This document shows, piece by piece, positions 46,332-56,800 of a stretch of DNA of 64,000 nt. Where the stretch lies: the IMG/VR virus record IMGVR_UViG_3300047445_000186, positions 267,777-331,776 of that record; one strand, written 5' to 3'. The translations under genes and the position numbers were made by a program. The notes beneath the pieces were generated by a model. It was not told the DNA's origin, ran no database searches, and saw only the letters and a program-made list of their open reading frames with translations. Positions within the stretch are counted from its first letter, which is position 1; each line of letters starts with the position of its first letter.

Positions 46332-47993
46332 TTAAACACCCATGACCACAACTTTGCAGGCGATCGAGGCGTTGAAGGTTACAGTCAATTGGTTCGCGCT
46401 ATCGAACTTGATCGACTGTGGAATGACTACTTCGTCAATGCTGTCGACGACCGTCACGTTGCAGTACTTCTGTCCGAGATTATGTGTCACGGTGTGGGTC
46501 GTTCCTGCTGTGCTGCCGTTGTACAGGAAGTAGATCTTCTTGTTCACGAAGTTCGTGCCATTGAACACGAACAGATCACCTGCAGTAGGCGCAGTTACCG
46601 AGACGTCTGACAGAGAGTCAGCGTTCTTCGCCACTGCAGAAACGCTTCCGGCAGTGACTGAGAAATCAGATGAGTTGAATGAAGCAATACCCTTCACGAC
46701 TGTCGTAGCATCGACACCGCTGAAGGTTACGCTAGATCCAGTAGCCTGAACAGTGAGACCATTCAGTGCTTCAAAATTTAGATTGCCGCCAAGACCAAGT
46801 GACCAAGTCTGAGCGCCAGAGTTCGAACGGATATTGACTGCACCGCTTGAAGCCAGCATCGTATTCGTAATACCACCAGCTTTGACGCGAAGAATATCAG
46901 AGGAAATCTCAATCGATGAGCTATCCACGTTCACGTTCAGCACCAAACCGGCGTAAGACAGACCCAAGCCCGCTTGCGCTGGTTGAACACCGGCGAACTG
47001 CACCCAGGTGATTACGTCTGAACCAACCGTTACTACTTCAGCAGTCTGTGTCCAACCAGTATCAGCGTTCACTGATCCTTCGCGAACGAACACCGAAGCA
47101 CTTGCGAATTCATCTGCAGAATCTAGATCCTCAGCCCGCGTAAGCGTGCCGCTGTTCAGAACGTAAACGCCGTTCTGTGATGCTGTAGTCTGGTTCTTTA
47201 CAAGAACACGATCACCGCTGAGCAGAATAACACCGTCAATTACGGTGACTGAACTGAAGCTCGCAAGATTGACGATCGTCGCTGCGCGAACCGATGCCTT
47301 CCAGGCAAGACCATTCAGCGCAGCATCGAACTGAGCTTTGTTGATCGCATCAGTTCCCGCCGTACCTGGCAACAGACCTGTAAGCTTGTGCGAACCAAGT
47401 GAAATGTTCGCAGTAACTGAAGAGGTACCATCGGTCTTGATGTAATCAGTACCGATCGACCCGAGGCCGAGAGCAGCTCGCGCTGCACTTGCATCAACAG
47501 TATTCAGCAGCGTTCGTGCATAGCTCGTGAGCGGTGTCGTTTGAACAGTCGTTGGGCTTGTGAAGTACGGGAACGTGTCCGCTGAAGGTGTTAGGGCTGC
47601 GATCGCAGTGAGCTTCACATTCAGCGGGACGATCGCTGAATTGATCTGCTGCAGGACATTCGTCAGACTTGTAGGAGCCGTGACGTTCGCCCAACCAGTG
47701 AACGTACCCGGTACGAATACGCCAAGTGAACTGACGGCTGCGCCAATGGAGGTTTCAAGAGCATCCAGTTCAGCCTGATCAGCACCACCGCTTCCACCAC
47801 CGCCAGTGCCGCCTTGAATCGTTGTCCAGCCAGAGCTAGCACCGACGTAGATCAAATCTTCAGTGGTGTTCCAAAGGAGACGGCCAAGATCAGGCGTTCC
47901 GAATGTAGGCAGTGACGCCACCTTTTCAATCCGAAGGTTCTTTGCCTCAGATGAACTGGAAGTGTCAAAAATCAGACTGCCCTTGATTCTCAT
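46332..47993 (-). CDS. Fibre / decoration protein
   Basis: WKASVRAAT..IDGV..GDRVLVKNQ..QNGVY domain; C-terminal HTVTHNLG domain. Confidence 0.75.
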   Translation of the reverse strand: MRIKGSLIFDTSSSSEAKNLRIEKVASLPTFGTPDLGRLLWNTTEDLIYVGASSGWTTIQGGTGGGGSGGADQAELDALETSIGAAVSSLGVFVPGTFTGWANVTAPTSLTNVLQQINSAIVPLNVKLTAIAALTPSADTFPYFTSPTTVQTTPLTSYARTLLNTVDASAARAALGLGSIGTDYIKTDGTSSVTANISLGSHKLTGLLPGTAGTDAINKAQFDAALNGLAWKASVRAATIVNLASFSSVTVIDGVILLSGDRVLVKNQTTASQNGVYVLNSGTLTRAEDLDSADEFASASVFVREGSVNADTGWTQTAEVVTVGSDVITWVQFAGVQPAQAGLGLSYAGLVLNVNVDSSSIEISSDILRVKAGGITNTMLASSGAVNIRSNSGAQTWSLGLGGNLNFEALNGLTVQATGSSVTFSGVDATTVVKGIASFNSSDFSVTAGSVSAVAKNADSLSDVSVTAPTAGDLFVFNGTNFVNKKIYFLYNGSTAGTTHTVTHNLGQKYCNVTVVDSIDEVVIPQSIKFDSANQLTVTFNASIACKVVVMGV

Positions 47994-48002
47994 GACAAGC
48001 CT

Positions 48003-48230
48003 TTAGAGGATGCGCTTTGTTGCCGTGGTCAGGGCCTTGATCGCGTTATTCAGAGCGACTGGTTCGACCAACGATTGGCCGAGATTGAATTCGGTTAGAA
48101 CTGACGCATCCACTTCAACGAAGCAGAAGATGCCCCGCTTACCGTCTTTCTCGATGCGATCGAGTCGAAACCCCTTGACCTTAAGGGTCGCAGCGAGCAC
48201 GATGTCGCTGGTATTTGTCGTCTGGTTCAT
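48003..48230 (-). CDS. DUF5659-like small protein
   Basis: TSDIVLAATL..GF..IE..FCF..VEP; TAAATA on - strand at 48257-48262. Confidence 0.65.
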   Translation of the reverse strand: MNQTTNTSDIVLAATLKVKGFRLDRIEKDGKRGIFCFVEVDASVLTEFNLGQSLVEPVALNNAIKALTTATKRIL

Positions 48231-48316
48231 TTTGCACTACTTAACTTGGGACAGTGTATTTAGTGCAGGATGGTCGCGTTGGGGCACAACCTTTATCGGC
48301 AGTGCCCCACGAAACA

Positions 48317-48955
48317 TTAGGTCACGGTGATCGTGAGCGTGTAAACCACGGTCAGTTCACGATTGCCAGTGTGCTCGATTGGCGAGAAGATCAGGTGCGA
48401 GAGCATCAGTTCATCGGTTTCGTTCAGCAGATCTGGAGCGCCAGTACCGTGCGTGAACAGGCCGAGTTCGTCAAAGAAGTACAGACCTTCGGTTGGAGTC
48501 GTGTCAACGCCGTCCAGACCACCACCTTCGTCTGTTTCACCGTCAGCACCGTCAGTAGGACGATTCACGGCTTCATTCGCTGCGACAACGCAGGTAACGA
48601 TCACGCGAGTGCTCGTCGAAGAAGGAATGTTCGTGTACGTCACGCTGTTACCAACGCCAACGACTGAGTCGCTGTCATCCACAACTTCAACGTACGTTGG
48701 GTTGTACAAGTCAGCGGTCACACCAGTGGTGTTCGGCGGACGGAACACGATCTGCTGCGACGAGTCAACGTACGTGCCTTGGTTGCCGAGCTTGAGCTTG
48801 AAGATCTGGAAGTTGTTCCCGTTCGACAGACCACGAGCAATCGCTGTTGCCATATTGCCTGGGTGAATCGCGTTCTTCTTCTCCATGAGCACGTTCCCGA
48901 GGCTGTCCTTAACCTGGACGGTGCCTACGATGTGAGTGTTCAGAGTTGCTTTCAT
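48317..48955 (-). CDS. Baseplate/tail structural protein
   Basis: KKNAIH, FDELGLF, MLSHLIFSPIEH..VYTLTI; late promoter on - strand at 48986-48991. Confidence 0.75.
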   Translation of the reverse strand: MKATLNTHIVGTVQVKDSLGNVLMEKKNAIHPGNMATAIARGLSNGNNFQIFKLKLGNQGTYVDSSQQIVFRPPNTTGVTADLYNPTYVEVVDDSDSVVGVGNSVTYTNIPSSTSTRVIVTCVVAANEAVNRPTDGADGETDEGGGLDGVDTTPTEGLYFFDELGLFTHGTGAPDLLNETDELMLSHLIFSPIEHTGNRELTVVYTLTITVT

Positions 48956-48988
48956 TTCTTTTCCTATTGGAAGGGTTGTACCCGGTAT

Positions 48989-51900
48989 TTAGATAACGAT
49001 CAGTTTGAGTTCCGAGGCTTGCGCCTGACGGAACCTGAATACGCGATTGTTCACGCGTTCAACGACTGGAACTTGTTGTGGTGCTGCATCAGTTGGACGC
49101 CACAGGTAGATGGTCGGGATCACAGCAGTCGGTTGGCTGAACGAGATTTCGATCAGCTGCGAACCTGGAGCATCAATGACCATTGGAGTGACGAAGTCAG
49201 CGTACAGCACGCCACCACCTGGCAATGCGCCGAACGGTCCAGTACCAACCGGGTACATCATCGTGACGGTGTCTGGAGGAGTGTCCAGGCCGTCAGCATC
49301 GTACCCGTACATGCTGTACCCGTTAGTGTCTACTGCTCGAGCCGTGAACGCCTCAACGATTGCCGTAGCAGCCGAGGCTGTTGGCTCATCCTTCACGCTG
49401 ATACCCAAGCCAATTGCTGGAATACCGAAGCCGAACCCGGTCGGCGTGTAATTGATTGCATCATCGTCAGAGAGACGCTGAACGAATTCTTCCAGCGTCG
49501 TTCCGGTGATGTCGCCGTCTGTCAGGTAAGGATTAACCAAACTCGACAGATCGAGCATCGTGGCTTGCTCTTGCGGAGTCAGATCCACTGGATCCTTCAG
49601 CGCGAGCATCTTCGCGGTGATGAAGTGATCAGTCAGAGCTTGGCCAGCATCGTAGTAGCCGTCTACACCGTCTTCACCATCGTACGGCATGTTGTCGTAA
49701 CCTGGCAAGAATCCGGTGAATGGGCCGTCGCTCATCACGACGTCCATGACGTTCGAGTAGTTCGCCTTGATGTAGAACTTGTACGAATCAGTGACCGAGA
49801 CATGCAGCACGTCTTGGTACATCGAGTCTTCATCCAGACCACCGCCACTGATCATGAACGCGATACCTTCGGTCATGTTCACGTGGATGTTCTCGTTCAT
49901 GCCATTGCCGTACGTGACGATCGTGGCTTCTGCGTTCAGCGGCAGGTACTTCGACGCGAACACCGAGTCCCAGCTGAAGATCACAGGTTCGTTCAGCGAC
50001 GTGCCGATCGAGCGAACAGTACCGACCAACTCACCTGTAGTAGCGGCTCGGACCACGACGTGCGTCGCAGGGTCACTGAACTCGGCCTGTGTAGTACCAT
50101 CAAGCTTAGTGATCAGCGTTGGAATCCAGCCTCTCAGGACCCCTGTCTCAGGGCTCGTGTTCACCAATGGAACGCCAGAACCTGTGGTGTGATCGACGAC
50201 GCGGAGGTCAGTCGTCTGCAGACCGAGCGGAGCGAACGACGCGAGCTGAACGGGGTCACGGGAATTGATCGAGATTCGGATGTCGTCTGAGCGAGTCCGG
50301 GAGAACAGAACGAAGTCTTCGTTCGTTGGAGCACGACCTGCAGAGGTGCGAACGATCGCAAGATCATGCCCCATCGCCAGGTTGTAGTCATCGGAAACGA
50401 GATCGACAACGAACGTCTTACCAGCCTCAGCGATTGGCAGACCGAACTGAACGAACTTGTCAGAGACGGAGAATTCTCCACCACCAACAACCGCACCGTT
50501 CCGGTACAGCGTCCACCAATTGTCGTTCAGCGCCTTGATCGTGTACACGCACGAAGTCGTGTCATCACGGAGACGCTGGAGCGTGATCAGACCGATGCTC
50601 GATGTCCATGGAGAACCTGCGCCGAGGAGCAGACCATCTTCGAACACGGCCACTTCTGGCGTGACGAACTTGAAACCAATCTTGCCGTTCCAGTACCACT
50701 CGTTGATCGATGCTGGCTTGTTCCAGCCAGAGACCGAACCGTGCACCAAGAACATTGGACGCTTTTCGTACGTCTCGAACAGGAACGCATCAGGAGCGAG
50801 CAATCCGGACATGCCTTCATGGATCGTCCAGTGGATGTTCAGCTCAGTGTTGTAGTACGAGCGACCGTCTGTCGCCATGTTCACGGTGATCGGGGTGCTC
50901 AGAACAGGAGAACCGTTGTGAACGCCAGTCGTGTGAACACCTTGAATGGAGTACGTACGTGGACCAATCATTTGAACTGTCCACTTTGCAGGAACAGTTT
51001 CAAAGAAGTTATCAGCGCGTGGAACCAGGCGTGGAACGCGGTGCGAGACGATGCCAGCTGGAGTCGTTTGAACTGGTGGCTGATTCAGAACAGTCCAGCC
51101 AATCACGTCACCGCCGTCAGTCACGTCAGTCATGACTTCACCAGCTTCACCGAGGAGCTGAACGTCTGCGTACGATGTCGGGCACGTTGGGTTCCCCGAG
51201 TCAACATTGATGTTCAGCCAACTGATAGTCGCTGGCGGATGATCGCCTGTGAACGCTGTTTCTTCGAATACTCCGTTGCTCAGGCGAGTCAAACGAACTG
51301 TCGTGTTCCCTGCACCCGCAGCCAGCGTGAACATGGCTTCGTACCATTCACCATCGACGAGAGTGTCGGTCGAGATGAATTTTGATTCGGTGCCAATGTA
51401 TGCTACTGGGCGGCGAGCAGAGTCGAATGCTGCTTCACGGCGTGGATTGATCGCGATCGTGTCGCCATCAGTCAGGAATTCGAACACCGCAGCATCGTCA
51501 AGAAGGGCTTCATCGACCTTGAATTTGATCTTGATCGTCTCAGCGAAGAACGGATCATCGAGCTCCTTTACGAGAACGGCGTGGATTTCATTGTCTTGTG
51601 AATCAACGTTCACACCCTGGCCGTATGGAGTGCTCACGAACGTGAACAGATCTGGTCCAGATTCGCGAGTCCAAGAAGTGAAGTCCTCAGTGTACAGTGC
51701 AGTCGCTGTCTCGCTCCAAGTTGAGCGAGCACGGGCTGCAATGAATGGCTTACCAGCTTCTACGAGCTTGAACGAGATACCTTCCTCTTCATTCGAGTAC
51801 GAATCGCCTACATTGATCGTGTCAACGAGCATCCAAGACGTTTCGTCTTCCGAGTAGAACTCGAGAGCGAATGAGCTCGAGTACCAAAGTTCCAAGTCAG

Positions 51901-53794
51901 CGTTCACATCGGTCGATGACTCGTCCATGTGGAACTTCGTAGCGGCATCTGGATTCGTTGGATCCAGCGAAGCAATCAAGTTCACCTTGTTCGTTGGCGT
52001 GCTGTTCTGGAGCAGGAGTGGACGCGATTCATCAGCGATCGCACGGAGACGCCATTGACGACCGTCAACCGCAGATTGCGTGATCTGCAGACCGAATTCG
52101 TACAGATCGTACGCAGTGAACCGCGAGTCGTATCCGAAATCCAGCGTTGTGAGGTAATCCTGAACTGCGTCATTCACGGTGTTGTACACCCACTCAGCAC
52201 CATCGTACGGATCCATGTCAAAGCCGTACGACAGATCCAGATCCTTTGCCGTTGGTTCTTCGTTCAGAACATCGATGTAGAATCGATCACCTGGCTCGAA
52301 TGTGTACGATGTACCTTGGCGAATGCTGAAGATAAGGCGTCCATCATTGAACGTCGTATTCACTTCCGCAACTTCTTGGTAGAACGGTTCAGCAGTGTTC
52401 GTGACCGAGAATGTTGTCGCGGTCAAGGCAGTCAGAACGATCGTGCTCGTTGGGAACGTCAGATCCACGATGTTGATCATGTTCACGACGCCAGCATCGT
52501 CTTGTACGTACCCGTACCGAGTCGACGTCAGCACTGGGCGTGAGTACGCCATTGGGTTCACTTTGATGATCGACCAGGTCTCACTCGAGGAGTCCTTGTG
52601 GATCGTGACCTTTGCTTGAGGCGTAAGCTGAATCTCGGTGCCAACAACCATTGGTGATGTGCCAGCCGAGAGGGTGAATCGAATTTGCGGCGCGTTGAAA
52701 ACGCCTGGCATTGAAGCAACACCGATCACACCAGAACTCGAACCAGTTACAAAGAACGTGTTCGAAGTCGCTGCACGGAGAGTCCACTCTTCGTACTCAG
52801 GGCGATTAATGTTCGGAATGATGTTCGTGACCTTGATGTCATCACGATCGAGCTCAGTGATAGAGCTGTAGTACAGCATACCGGTTTCACGGCCAATACC
52901 CGAACCGTCTGAACGTGGTGTCAGATCGTTGTACGAGTTCCGGAACATCGAGGTTGTGCACGCCCCAAGTGCCTTGTGCACCTCAGCCCACGTAAAATAA
53001 CCACCAGACGGAATCACTGGTACATCAGCTGCAGCGAGTGCGTTCGTGAGAGCTTCGTACGTGTGCGGCAGATCGCCGTCATTAACGATCAGTTGAGTAG
53101 CATCAAGAGCTGCCTGTGAATCCGTGTCAGGAGTAATTGCAAGTTGAGCAGCGATCTGCGTCAGGATAAGCTGAACGCGGCTGATAGCTGAACTTGGATT
53201 CGTCTTGTCCAGAGCCTGGGCTTGAACAACCGCCGTAGCATGAGCGAGAACACCTTCAGTGCGGCGCTCAGCGAACAACGGCAAGTACTGACCTTCCATC
53301 GTCTGCGCTTGCTTCACTTGGAAGACGTACGCACCGTGCGACAGGAAGACGTCATGACCCTCAAGCAATGGCTCAGAGGTAGCGCCATCACCCTTGCGCT
53401 GCAGGAAAGCATCAGCAAGACCGATACCTTCGAGAGCCGTTGGATCGTATGCGAATGGAACGAGAGGCAGATCGGTATTCTCATCGCGACCGACCTTGAA
53501 TGCGCCACGATTCTCAGCGATCACGCTGTTCTTCGTGAACCCGCGGAAGAGCGGAGACACTACGCGGTGAATTGGCGTTTGCGGAGCAGGAGTCGAAACA
53601 CCGTTCGCAAAATGGCTGTACATCCAGGCGCCCTTGGCCGTGACATTCGTGAACAGACGTTCCTTGATGTCTACAGTCATGTCATCGCTGAAGCGATACT
53701 CCTCGATGATTTCAGTCAGCTTGGAGTGATAGGGCTTGGTATCATTCAGGAACGATACCAGCGAGCCTACATATGTGGAATTTTTGTTCGCCAT
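48989..53794 (-). CDS. Large virion structural (baseplate-like) protein, 1601 aa
   Basis: KPYHSKL N-terminal motif; repeated W..V.GS.SG / F.PGD.F units. Confidence 0.75.
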   Translation of the reverse strand: MANKNSTYVGSLVSFLNDTKPYHSKLTEIIEEYRFSDDMTVDIKERLFTNVTAKGAWMYSHFANGVSTPAPQTPIHRVVSPLFRGFTKNSVIAENRGAFKVGRDENTDLPLVPFAYDPTALEGIGLADAFLQRKGDGATSEPLLEGHDVFLSHGAYVFQVKQAQTMEGQYLPLFAERRTEGVLAHATAVVQAQALDKTNPSSAISRVQLILTQIAAQLAITPDTDSQAALDATQLIVNDGDLPHTYEALTNALAAADVPVIPSGGYFTWAEVHKALGACTTSMFRNSYNDLTPRSDGSGIGRETGMLYYSSITELDRDDIKVTNIIPNINRPEYEEWTLRAATSNTFFVTGSSSGVIGVASMPGVFNAPQIRFTLSAGTSPMVVGTEIQLTPQAKVTIHKDSSSETWSIIKVNPMAYSRPVLTSTRYGYVQDDAGVVNMINIVDLTFPTSTIVLTALTATTFSVTNTAEPFYQEVAEVNTTFNDGRLIFSIRQGTSYTFEPGDRFYIDVLNEEPTAKDLDLSYGFDMDPYDGAEWVYNTVNDAVQDYLTTLDFGYDSRFTAYDLYEFGLQITQSAVDGRQWRLRAIADESRPLLLQNSTPTNKVNLIASLDPTNPDAATKFHMDESSTDVNADLELWYSSSFALEFYSEDETSWMLVDTINVGDSYSNEEEGISFKLVEAGKPFIAARARSTWSETATALYTEDFTSWTRESGPDLFTFVSTPYGQGVNVDSQDNEIHAVLVKELDDPFFAETIKIKFKVDEALLDDAAVFEFLTDGDTIAINPRREAAFDSARRPVAYIGTESKFISTDTLVDGEWYEAMFTLAAGAGNTTVRLTRLSNGVFEETAFTGDHPPATISWLNINVDSGNPTCPTSYADVQLLGEAGEVMTDVTDGGDVIGWTVLNQPPVQTTPAGIVSHRVPRLVPRADNFFETVPAKWTVQMIGPRTYSIQGVHTTGVHNGSPVLSTPITVNMATDGRSYYNTELNIHWTIHEGMSGLLAPDAFLFETYEKRPMFLVHGSVSGWNKPASINEWYWNGKIGFKFVTPEVAVFEDGLLLGAGSPWTSSIGLITLQRLRDDTTSCVYTIKALNDNWWTLYRNGAVVGGGEFSVSDKFVQFGLPIAEAGKTFVVDLVSDDYNLAMGHDLAIVRTSAGRAPTNEDFVLFSRTRSDDIRISINSRDPVQLASFAPLGLQTTDLRVVDHTTGSGVPLVNTSPETGVLRGWIPTLITKLDGTTQAEFSDPATHVVVRAATTGELVGTVRSIGTSLNEPVIFSWDSVFASKYLPLNAEATIVTYGNGMNENIHVNMTEGIAFMISGGGLDEDSMYQDVLHVSVTDSYKFYIKANYSNVMDVVMSDGPFTGFLPGYDNMPYDGEDGVDGYYDAGQALTDHFITAKMLALKDPVDLTPQEQATMLDLSSLVNPYLTDGDITGTTLEEFVQRLSDDDAINYTPTGFGFGIPAIGLGISVKDEPTASAATAIVEAFTARAVDTNGYSMYGYDADGLDTPPDTVTMMYPVGTGPFGALPGGGVLYADFVTPMVIDAPGSQLIEISFSQPTAVIPTIYLWRPTDAAPQQVPVVERVNNRVFRFRQAQASELKLIVI

Positions 53795-53812
53795 TACTTA
53801 TTCGATCAAAGC

Positions 53813-56800
53813 TTATTCGTACGCTGGCGCAATTGGGCTAGGGCGAACAACCTTGATCGAGTAAGCACTCAATCTAGACGTCTTGAAAACATCAGTCATC
53901 TCGTAGTTTGCTGCGCAAATGTCTTCCAACACCGCGAAGAACAACTCATTGATCTGACTGACCTTGCCTTCGTTCCAAATACGTGTCAACGTACCACGTG
54001 TGCTTTCAACCGTCTCGAACCATGTGTCGCTTCCATTGAAATCAAGGAAGTTCATGTAGTCAGGGATCGGAATCTGCCCACTGTCATCAACTAGTTTCGT
54101 ATTTAGGATCGTGAACAAGAGTGTCCCGCGCACCATTTCCGTCGGAGCAAGAACCTGATCCGAGCCGAAGCCGAACTGGGTCCGAGTGCCGTTCCGTTCA
54201 TCATATGAAACGCGGCGAGCTGACGGGATCGTCGAACCAGCACTGTCCTTGCCACATGCCGTATTCACCATCTTCTGCCACAGAACTTCAGGCACCTTCG
54301 TGCGCTGACCTGGGCGAATGAGCGACCATTCGACGTGCGTGTTCTTCAGATCGAGCTGGTTCGGATCATCACGGAGAGTGAAGTTCCGAGTGAAGCGGAG
54401 CTTGAACGCGTCGTCCTTCGTGACGATGTACGACAGGCCAGAGATCGTGATCGCGTCGTAGAAGAACGGAGCCGAGTTGCTGATGTGTTGGAACGTCAGA
54501 TAGTTCGACGGACCATTGATCAGGAGCTGCGAAACTGCCTTCACCGAGAGGTTCTTGCCGTGCGCAGCCGTCGAGCGGTTCTTCACCCAGAAGTAGTACT
54601 TCGTGGTGCTGATCTGGCCGTTCTCGTTCCGGATCGGAACTGCAACGTACTGGTAGTCCAGCTTGTACTGGCGCTGAATCAGGAGATTGTCAGCGATTGC
54701 TGGATCGAATGCGAGGTCAGCAGCCGATGGGTTCACCGCGCGAACAATCAGAACGACTTCAGAGCCGCTCTGGACCGACAGAACTGTCAGAGTTCTACCA
54801 ACAAGCTTGTACGTACCGCTCAGCTGCGAAACACCATTCACGTACACAGAGACGCGATCGTTCGTCACACCTGCTGGAAGTGTGAATACCATTTGACCAG
54901 TAGATGTCGCGACCTCGTGAGTCATCGTGCTCTTCAGCTCGGACCATGCAGCCCAAGTCGTCTTGTACCGATCGATCTGTGTGCCGTCGTTCAACATGTA
55001 CGGAGTCGTGCTTGCAGCATCCTGAACGATGTTCACTGGAGCCGATGGGAACGCGTACCATGGACCGACGTATGGGAACCACGAACTGTTCGGTACACGG
55101 GCGTCAGCATCAAGCTGAGCCTGAGTTGGAACAGCCCAAGCACGCCAGCCAACACCGTTATTCAGCGTGTACAGAGGATCTGTTGGGTCGTTCGACAGAG
55201 TCGAGCCATCCATGACAAGATCGTTCTCAACCATTGGAACAACCAGTTCGACCTTTGCAGCATCATTCAGCTTCACGGAACCGGCAAGCGCTTCAGCGAT
55301 CAGACGAACCAGCAAGTCAGAAGGGAATGTGCCGGAGTTCAGAACCTTCACGGTGATTTGCAGACCGAACGAAGGGACTTCGAACGTGTACTGCTCACCC
55401 GCAACTGCGTCGAATGTAGCAAAGTGCAGTGGAGAGTCGGCGTTGCTTGGATCAACACCGCGATCCTTGCGAATCAGGATGTGATCTGTTTGGCCGCTGT
55501 CGACTTCCATGACACGGAGGTACGTCGAAACATCCCAGTCAGAACCGGTCGAGCCAGTCAGAACAATAGCGTGACCATCAGTGTTCGAGCTGAACGTGAC
55601 AATCACGGTGTTCAGATCCACGACAGTGATCTCATCAGGCAGAACGACTTGGTTCATGCCGTCATAGAGCGACACTTGAACTGCAGTCGAACCCATGTCG
55701 TGCACGATAGTCCATGTGCTAGCTGGAACAGCCTGCAAATGGGTGTAAACGGTCTGTGCGCCATTCGATGCTGGCACGAGGCTTTCAACGACTGGCTCAG
55801 CGGTGAACAGGAGTTCGCCGACAGCTTCAGTGTGTTCAAGCACGGACAGATCAACGACAGCCTGGAGCGTATCCAGGCTGTGCACCACTGGAGTGAACAG
55901 ATCACCTTCGTACGAGACGAACTTCGTGAACTCACCGATCACGTTGTACTCAGACAGAGGACGCAGAACAGTTTCGTCTTCTTGCCATGCGCCAACTCGC
56001 ATACCACCAGTAATACCGTACTGAGCGAACGTACCGGACTCGAGCATGATCAAGCCGTCGTTCGTGAACGTCAGATTCGACTGGAAGCTCGAGTTGAACG
56101 ATGGGTGCGCTGCTTCGATTGCAACACCAGCCTTCGACCAAGCGATCGCACGGGTGTTCCAGACACGTTCACGGGAATATGTCTTTGCACCGTACACTTG
56201 ACCGTCCGCCTTCGTGCGAACATCAAGATCCGCGTTACCAGCATCGATCAGAGCTTGAGCGTTGTACTCAGCAGGTGGAACATTCGACTCAACCCATTCC
56301 ACGACATCCATCGTGGCAAAGTCAGTCATTGTGCCCCAACGGCTCAGGCGTTCGTCAACAGTCTGGAAGATCATCGTGTCGTAGTACGGCACGTAGTCCA
56401 GATTCGTCGTATCCCACCAGACACGGCCAACTTCCTTCGCACCCCACATGTGCAGCGGGTCGTAGTTGTTATTTCCAACAACCTGCGTCGACACATTGTA
56501 TCGAGCTGGATCCAGAGTCGAGATGATGTTCACGCTTTCCAGAGCAACTGGGGTGTGCTGATCGTACGCTGGGTGCCAGACTGGAATTTCTTCGATCAGC
56601 TCGGCAGCAACATAGTTGAACAGCTTAACAGGATTGAACTTCGGAGTAGCTGGACCGTAACCTGTCACGGTGATTTCACCGTCTTCAGATGCAATCAACG
56701 TCGTCATGTTCACACGATCAGCAGCAATACCAGCAGTCGTGAGCTCATCCGCAATGAACGGCAGCTTGATCAGATCACCAGCTTGAACGACCTTCGTGAA